Shown piece after piece: positions 58,501 to 64,000 of a stretch of 64,000 bases of DNA (within the stretch, counting starts at the first letter, position 1; every line of letters begins with the position of its first letter). The stretch spans positions 6,882,001 to 6,946,000 of the forward strand of contig NC_087248.1 of assembly GCF_037042905.1 (NCBI RefSeq), in the 5' to 3' direction. The position numbers were made by a program, and so were the translations under genes. Source of the stretch: Lytechinus pictus. Lineage: Eukaryota. The notes under the pieces were generated by a model that saw nothing but the letters and a program-made list of their open reading frames with translations, made no database searches and was not told the DNA's origin.

Positions 58501-61500
58501 AAATAATTTTACATGTTGAAGTCAAACAGTAAAAAGATTTTTCAACCGATACCATCTTTTGTCAAATCTGCGTTGTTTGAAATTAAGTTGGGCAATGTAT
58601 TTCTCATTTTGATAATAATTGATTATTGAGGATTTAATGATACTGAAAAGAGGAATTGTATTGTTTATTTTACAATCATATACAGTTTTTCTTACTATAA
58701 TAAAAATACAATTAAGTGCACAATTGTTTTTTCCAATAAATCCGAATATTTTATTTTCATCTGAAAAGTGTAACCTGATCGTTTTGTGATGAAAACTTTT
58801 TTTTTCAGCTAAAATTGCATGGAAAATGCGCTTCAATAGGCATGTAATCGTAATCGATCGTAATCGTAATTGGTTATTAAAAAAGGCAATAAATAATGTC
58901 CTTAATTCTTTATTTCTCTCTGTTTTCTCTCAATATTAAAAAAAAAATCCCTTTTTATACCATAATTTTGATATTCAAAAATGCCATTTTATGGTCTCCT
59001 TTTCCTTAAAAAAACCCTGGCTGTTTTGTAATGAAAACTTATTTTTTTACACCTAAAAAATGCATGGAAAATGCTTTACAATAGGCATCTAATCATAATC
59101 GTAATCGGTTAGAAAACAGGCAATAAATAATGTCCTCTATTCTTCGTTTTTTTTACCTCAGTTTCTCTCAACATTTTTTTTTCTTTTTCCGTCTTTAGAC
59201 TATACGTTTGATATACAATACTGCCATTTCATGGTCTTTTTTTTCTTTATTCTACAAAGAAATAGTTTATATTTAAAAAATAAAGTTAAAGAATAAAGTA
59301 ACCATTTTTTTTAATACAAAAATTAGTAATATATGTTTTGGTCTTTTACTTGGTAGGTAGTAATAATACCCCAAATGCCAACATCTCAATATGCCAATTA
59401 ATTTTTTTTTTTTTAGGCTCCCGATTTTGGGGGTGCGGTTAATACACGGTCACGGTTTATGTACCGAAAAATACGGTATGTGTAACACTACCAAATTGCA
59501 GGCTTGAAGCCAGAATTGGAGGCGGCTTCAGACCCGACGTATGTGTATCTCCGGCATTAGATGTGGTTAATGATTATACTAACCTAGGGCATCGAGCCCT
59601 TGAGAAAGCTCAAGTAAAAGATCCTTCTTTTCTCTTTCATCATCATCTTCAAGATCAGCGGTCATCAAGAGGATATCATCAGAAACATCCGGTGAGGAAA
59701 GACTGGCAAGCAGCTCATCAACACCCATATCTGTCACGAATAAACACATTCTACCTTATCACTTTAGAAGATTGAGATTAAGTCACTACAGAAATTTTAA
59801 GCACAGAATTAGGCTAAAGAAGTTATCTGTACCACTATCTATCAGAAAAGCTTACTTCATTATTTGGAAAGATGAGATTAAACTAAGTAAATTAATAAGA
59901 ATGAATTGGATAAAATATATGTTGAAAATTTTTCATTCATAGAAAAAGGCTGACAAGGAGGAGACAATCTAATCTAACATGAAGAAAAAAATTCTTGCTT
60001 ATTTCACCTTCATAAAAAATAAAAATCTATTCCAGAAGAAAAGCTAAGGGTATTATTGAAACAAATTTATATCAGGGAGGAGGCATGAAATATTTCATCA
60101 CTTTAAGAGATGGAAAATGAATCGAACAATATTCCTGATTTTTCATTCCAGTCAAAAAGGAAACTCATCCATGCCGAAGTACATGTGTCTTCCATGGCCA
60201 AAAAAGATGACATCAATACAATATACTTAGAATAAATCAAAGATTTTATGGAATTTCTAATTAATGCAAGGTAAATTAATAAATTTTGACCTCATTTGAC
60301 ATTTGGCCAGAATGAAGAGAAGTCACTTGGATAATATGCCTCATTTGAGCTAAGAAGGGCAGAAACAAGTGAAAGTTTTTCCTCATATCAAGATTTCCTG
60401 AGAAATTGTAGTTTTTCAAATCCTTTTCAGCATAGGCAATCATTCACTTTACTATTCTAAGTAGTCAACTGGTGAATAACATTTTCTAATGCCCTCCCTG
60501 ATATATTGTCCTCTGAATACAATAAACTCAGCTACCCTTATTGTCTATAGACTCATCGATTATACCACCGAGCTGGAGAATAATATTTGCCAATGCCCTT
60601 ACTAATGCCCTCCCTGATGTATTCTCTGAATGCTATTAACTCTTGCACCCTCACCATCTATATGTATGAGTTCATCCATTATAACACAGACTGGGTGAAT
60701 AACATATGCTAATGCCCTAACTAATGACGTCTCTGATATATTTTCTGAATACAATCAAATCTGCCATACTTACCATCTATAGGCTCATCCATTATACCAC
60801 ATTCCACCATGGCCTGGTCAACAAGTGATGCCCTGGTCCTTTGTCCAATACTGGTAATGCTCCCTTCCTTCTCACTGGCACTATCCTTCTTCCTCGACCC
60901 GATCTGCTCCGACCCAAGGTCGCTCACATCGTCCTCGTCACTGGCGACCGCGGCTGCCATCATGAAGAGTTCAGCCTCGAGGGGGTCTGAAGGTACGCGG
61001 TCTTTGATCTCCTGCATGGTCTTGAGGAGTTTGTTGCAGTCGCGTGCCGCCACGGGGACGAACATGGGGGTTGGGACGGGGATTGGAATGGCGATGGGAT
61101 GCGGGATATGGCTGGTGTACATCTGCATAGGCACCGGGATGAAGACGGGGAAGGGTATCGGTACCAAGGCAGGTACCCTTGGGAAGTCTAGAGTAGAGAG
61201 GAAATAAAAACATGAAGCTCAATTTCTTTTCCATATGAAATACATAAAGATTGTTTTTATGTGTTCATATGAATTATATCTGTTGCAAAGACTAAATATA
61301 CATGTTAGTAATCAAACAATAATATGGCGTATACCCCATTCTAGCAGCACAAACACAGTACTTCTTTTCTTCCATGTATCACAAATATAACACATCCCAA
61401 TCAAATTTATAACTCAATCTAAATATTCAAAATGACACACCGCTTATTCAACAAAATTGGTGTGTGTGCAAAATGAAGTCAATTTCCAATTATTTTTACA

Positions 61501-63369
61501 TACAAGGCATTGTCACCTAATTATAGCAAGTAAAAACATACACAGACCCCCACATCTGATTTGAAAACTGAATAAACAACCCAACTGGAGGAGGTCTGGA
61601 TGTGGACAGTGCCAGCCCTTACTAAACATAAACACATCAGATGGGAGAGTGCAGGAATGCCCAGAATGTTCAGTCAACGGTCTTCTAGAATGAGAGCGTT
61701 GATAGCAGTGTCACTCTGGTGGGTCCACTCAAAGATGACAGACAGAAGGGAGTCCTTATTATTTAAGTTGAAGCATTTACGATTAATTGTCACTTGTCAA
61801 TCAATGATGTTTTCAGTTTCACAGTTTTTCTTTCTTTCTATTTTTTTTTTTGGGGGGGGGCATGGATATATCGACTAGATTTTAAAACTGAGCGGATTTT
61901 GAATTGAAAGAGCTGGCACCACTTTGAAGAAGAGGATTAGTTTGAGGGAAAGTTCCAAACAGTGGGTTTACTCCCTCAAAAGACTTACCTGTTTCAACGC
62001 ACATGTCCTTCATGATTGGTCGACACATGGTTGCCTTGGTGATCTGAATAGGGCGGCAAGATGTGATCTTGTTGCGGACCATCTTGGGTGGTGGGGGTAG
62101 ACCCGATGGGGGTGGGGGAGGGGGCTTGATGTAGACTGTGTTGGTTGTAATCTGAGTCTGTTTGTTTGTAAAGGATTTCTTGTTCTCCTTCACAATGGTT
62201 CGTGCTAGAGAAAACAAAATAGCAAAATACAAATTCTATTGTTCTGAAGAGATATGCAGCCTTCATAAGTGATGAAGGAAACAAAAAATAACAGATATAC
62301 AGGCTGAAGATACGATTTTAAAGAATGCTGGAAATAATAGATCACTATCGAAAGTAAACAACTTATCAATCAACTCTTTATTAATGAGTCAAGTGACAAC
62401 AATCTTGTGCAGATTGTACTGTAATAAATTAGTCAAAATTATCAAAAAATAATATGACTTACGTGCACTGAGCCGTTCCATGGGTGCCAGGGACATAACC
62501 TTTGCTATGGTAGGAGTTGCATGTTCTATAGAAAAAAAATTAAATCAATGAGAAGGAAAGAATAATATAAGAAATCAATTATTGTAATACTTCACTGGTC
62601 AATACACTTTCCTAATAGTTGTGTAGACACGGCCCCAAATTACCTTTTTTTCCGTCACCTTACAACAAAAAAGCTGTGCATCAATTAAAGTCTTGAAAAG
62701 CTGGCACAAGTTATTTCGTCAAAACTTGCATCAAAGATACACTAAGCAAAAGAAGCTGATGACACCATGATAAAACACTGAGTTATGTCATGAATTTGTC
62801 ACAGTAGCTTTTTTTCAGTCAATGACTTGGATAAAGTATAATCATTATTAGATTATGAGAAAATGATGCTGAGCTCATTATTTCCATCATCACATCACTT
62901 CTTGCTGAACGAAGCTTGAGGCAGTCAATCTTGAAGATAAACAAAAAAGAAGATTCAGAGGAAAATCACCAGTCTATTTATTTATCTGTCTGTCTCTCTC
63001 TCTCTCTCTCCATCCATCCATCCATCCATTTCTACCTGTCTGTCTGTCTATCCATAATCAATCGATCATCAATCAATCCATTCATCCACCCATCCATCCA
63101 TCAACAATCTACCGATCCATATTTACATCCAGCTTTCAATCTATTAATTTATCTACCCATCTATCTGTTTATCCATCTACATGTATATTCCTATTGACTT
63201 ACGCGCTGTAGATGTAGGGATAGGTTCTGGTAGTTGAGTAGTGACGTTAGGAATGTTCTGTTGGGTGTAGAAGAGTAAGAGGCATTGTTGGTTACAAACT
63301 TGTTTCATCTGCCCTCTCCACGTGAACTTCTCTGTCAGTTCCCGACCTGTGCTCTTACATCCATCACAC
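52525..63369 (-). CDS. ZMYM2/3/4 (Woc)-like MYM-type zinc finger, DUF3504 protein; 5'-partial; complement exons 63203..63369, 62463..62525, 61989..62204, 60774..61187, 59584..59730, 56884..57109, 55036..55769, 53943..54090, 52525..52819
   Basis: MYM/FCS finger CDGCK...VCNQQCLLLF; NKITSCRP..ITKATMCRP; the ZMYM Pro-rich block VPIPFPVFIPVPMQMY...PIPVPTPMFVP and PSDPLEAELFMMA. DUF3504-type motifs [86 protein letters not shown]. All phases are consistent; the gene continues beyond the window. Confidence 0.92.
53457..53722 (-). mobile_element. tRNA-derived SINE
   Basis: Minus-strand head has A-box TGGTCTAGTGG and B-box GGTTCGAATC; central TGCACTCGACCCAGGTGAGGTGAATGGGTACC; AAGCGCT-containing tail ending in (ATT)n. 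Confidence 0.8.
54477..54731 (-). mobile_element. Older diverged copy of the same SINE family
   Basis: Colinear similarity to 53457..53722 (AAATTTCTTGCT.AAGGAAAA.ACGCCATGG, TCGAACC, AACCACTAGA). Confidence 0.7.
58077..59476. mobile_element. Tc1/mariner-superfamily (Tc2/pogo-like CCGTA termini) non-autonomous element in a ZMYM intron
   Basis: TA-CCGTATTTTCCGGT...ACCGAAAAATACGG-TA. Subterminal repeat GGGTGCGGTT(T/A)ATAC; internal ~240-bp duplication. Confidence 0.75.
58376..58770 (-). mobile_element. 5'-truncated L1/Tx1-like LINE 3' fragment nested in 58077..59476
   Basis: Minus-strand ORF end (IFGF...NCIFIIVRKTVYDCK...P.F...EKYIA...FDKRW) resembles L1/Tx1 ORF2 C-termini. It is followed by AATAAA and a poly(A) tract, and flanked by direct repeat TAACC at 58371 and 58771. 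Confidence 0.65.
60486..60815. repeat. Three diverged ~118-bp tandem units spanning a ZMYM exon/intron boundary
   Basis: CTAATG(C/A)C...CTGAT...TCTGAAT...CTATA...TCATC(C/G)ATTATA recurs at 60486, 60602 and 60721. Confidence 0.8.
62970..63180. repeat. (ATCC/ATCT/CT)n microsatellite
   Basis: Directly visible. Confidence 0.85.
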
Positions 63370-64000
63370 CTGTGGGGGTAAAAACAAATGTCATTACTAG
63401 TACGGCGAAATCTGTTTGTAAAGACCATTATATGGATACAAGAAAAGCAGTCTTTAAGAGCAGGGTCCCGCAGCCTAAAGGTTAGCGATTCATCATACAT
63501 TTGATTTTCATGGTTAATTGTACATTGTAGTCAAAGCAGTCAATCATAAAAAAATGTCCAACAATAATTGCTAAGCTTTGTGTTATGGGCCCTAGACAGT
63601 CTTTATGAAAAGGTTCCTGTAATATGTGTTTCAATATGAAATATGATTTAATGGAAATCAAACTTATTGTCAGGTGGTCCTTCAGTAACATATGGCGGCA
63701 GCATACCGAATCATGGCAACCAGTCTGTTTCCGAGAGTCCACTCCTGAAAACAGACAGTCAACCTGCCCGAAACATTGATTCTGCTCTCCTGCTCTGCAA
63801 CTCCACTTGCCGACTAAAGCAAGCCTTCTCCCATCCCTCAAACTACCCCAGCCTCTCAACTTTTCTTATTTACAGTCCTTTTGAGGTCTTCACTTATTTC
63901 AGAAAAGAATTAATATTATTATGGAATATATGTTATACCCCCCGATCCCAAAAGGATTGTCTACCTTTCAACCTTCCACTTTCTCACCTTTCCATTTCAC

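Overview
AT-rich, intron-rich animal genomic DNA with five N-gaps. It is most likely a sea urchin or other echinoderm, inferred from the repeat landscape and gene content. I spliced five protein-coding genes by hand, all with canonical GT-AG introns and consistent phases: (1,2) two tandem galactose-3-O-sulfotransferase-like paralogs on + with identical two-coding-exon layout; (3) a complete 12-exon RBBP4/RbAp48 on -; (4) a 4-coding-exon secreted chloride-dependent alpha-amylase on +; (5) the 3' nine exons of a ZMYM2/3/4 (Woc)-like MYM zinc-finger/DUF3504 gene on -. The most striking non-genic structure is in RBBP4 intron 1. It holds a three-level nest of non-autonomous transposons, each with an intact target-site duplication (TSD): a ~530-bp foldback (9-bp TSD) contains a PIF/Harbinger-type element (CTG TSD), which contains an 891-bp near-perfect palindrome (9-bp TSD). 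A sister foldback lies 312 bp away, and the two arms of each copy share copy-specific variants. Other notable items: a 513-bp element whose joined ends equal the reverse complement of an internal segment (split inverted repeat, tyrosine-recombinase-like logic); four 16-29 bp CATGG..CATG palindromes with 7-bp TSDs resembling P-element excision footprints; and a candidate poison exon plus structured region in RBBP4 intron 10. All family assignments come from visual motif recognition; no database search or folding program was run.
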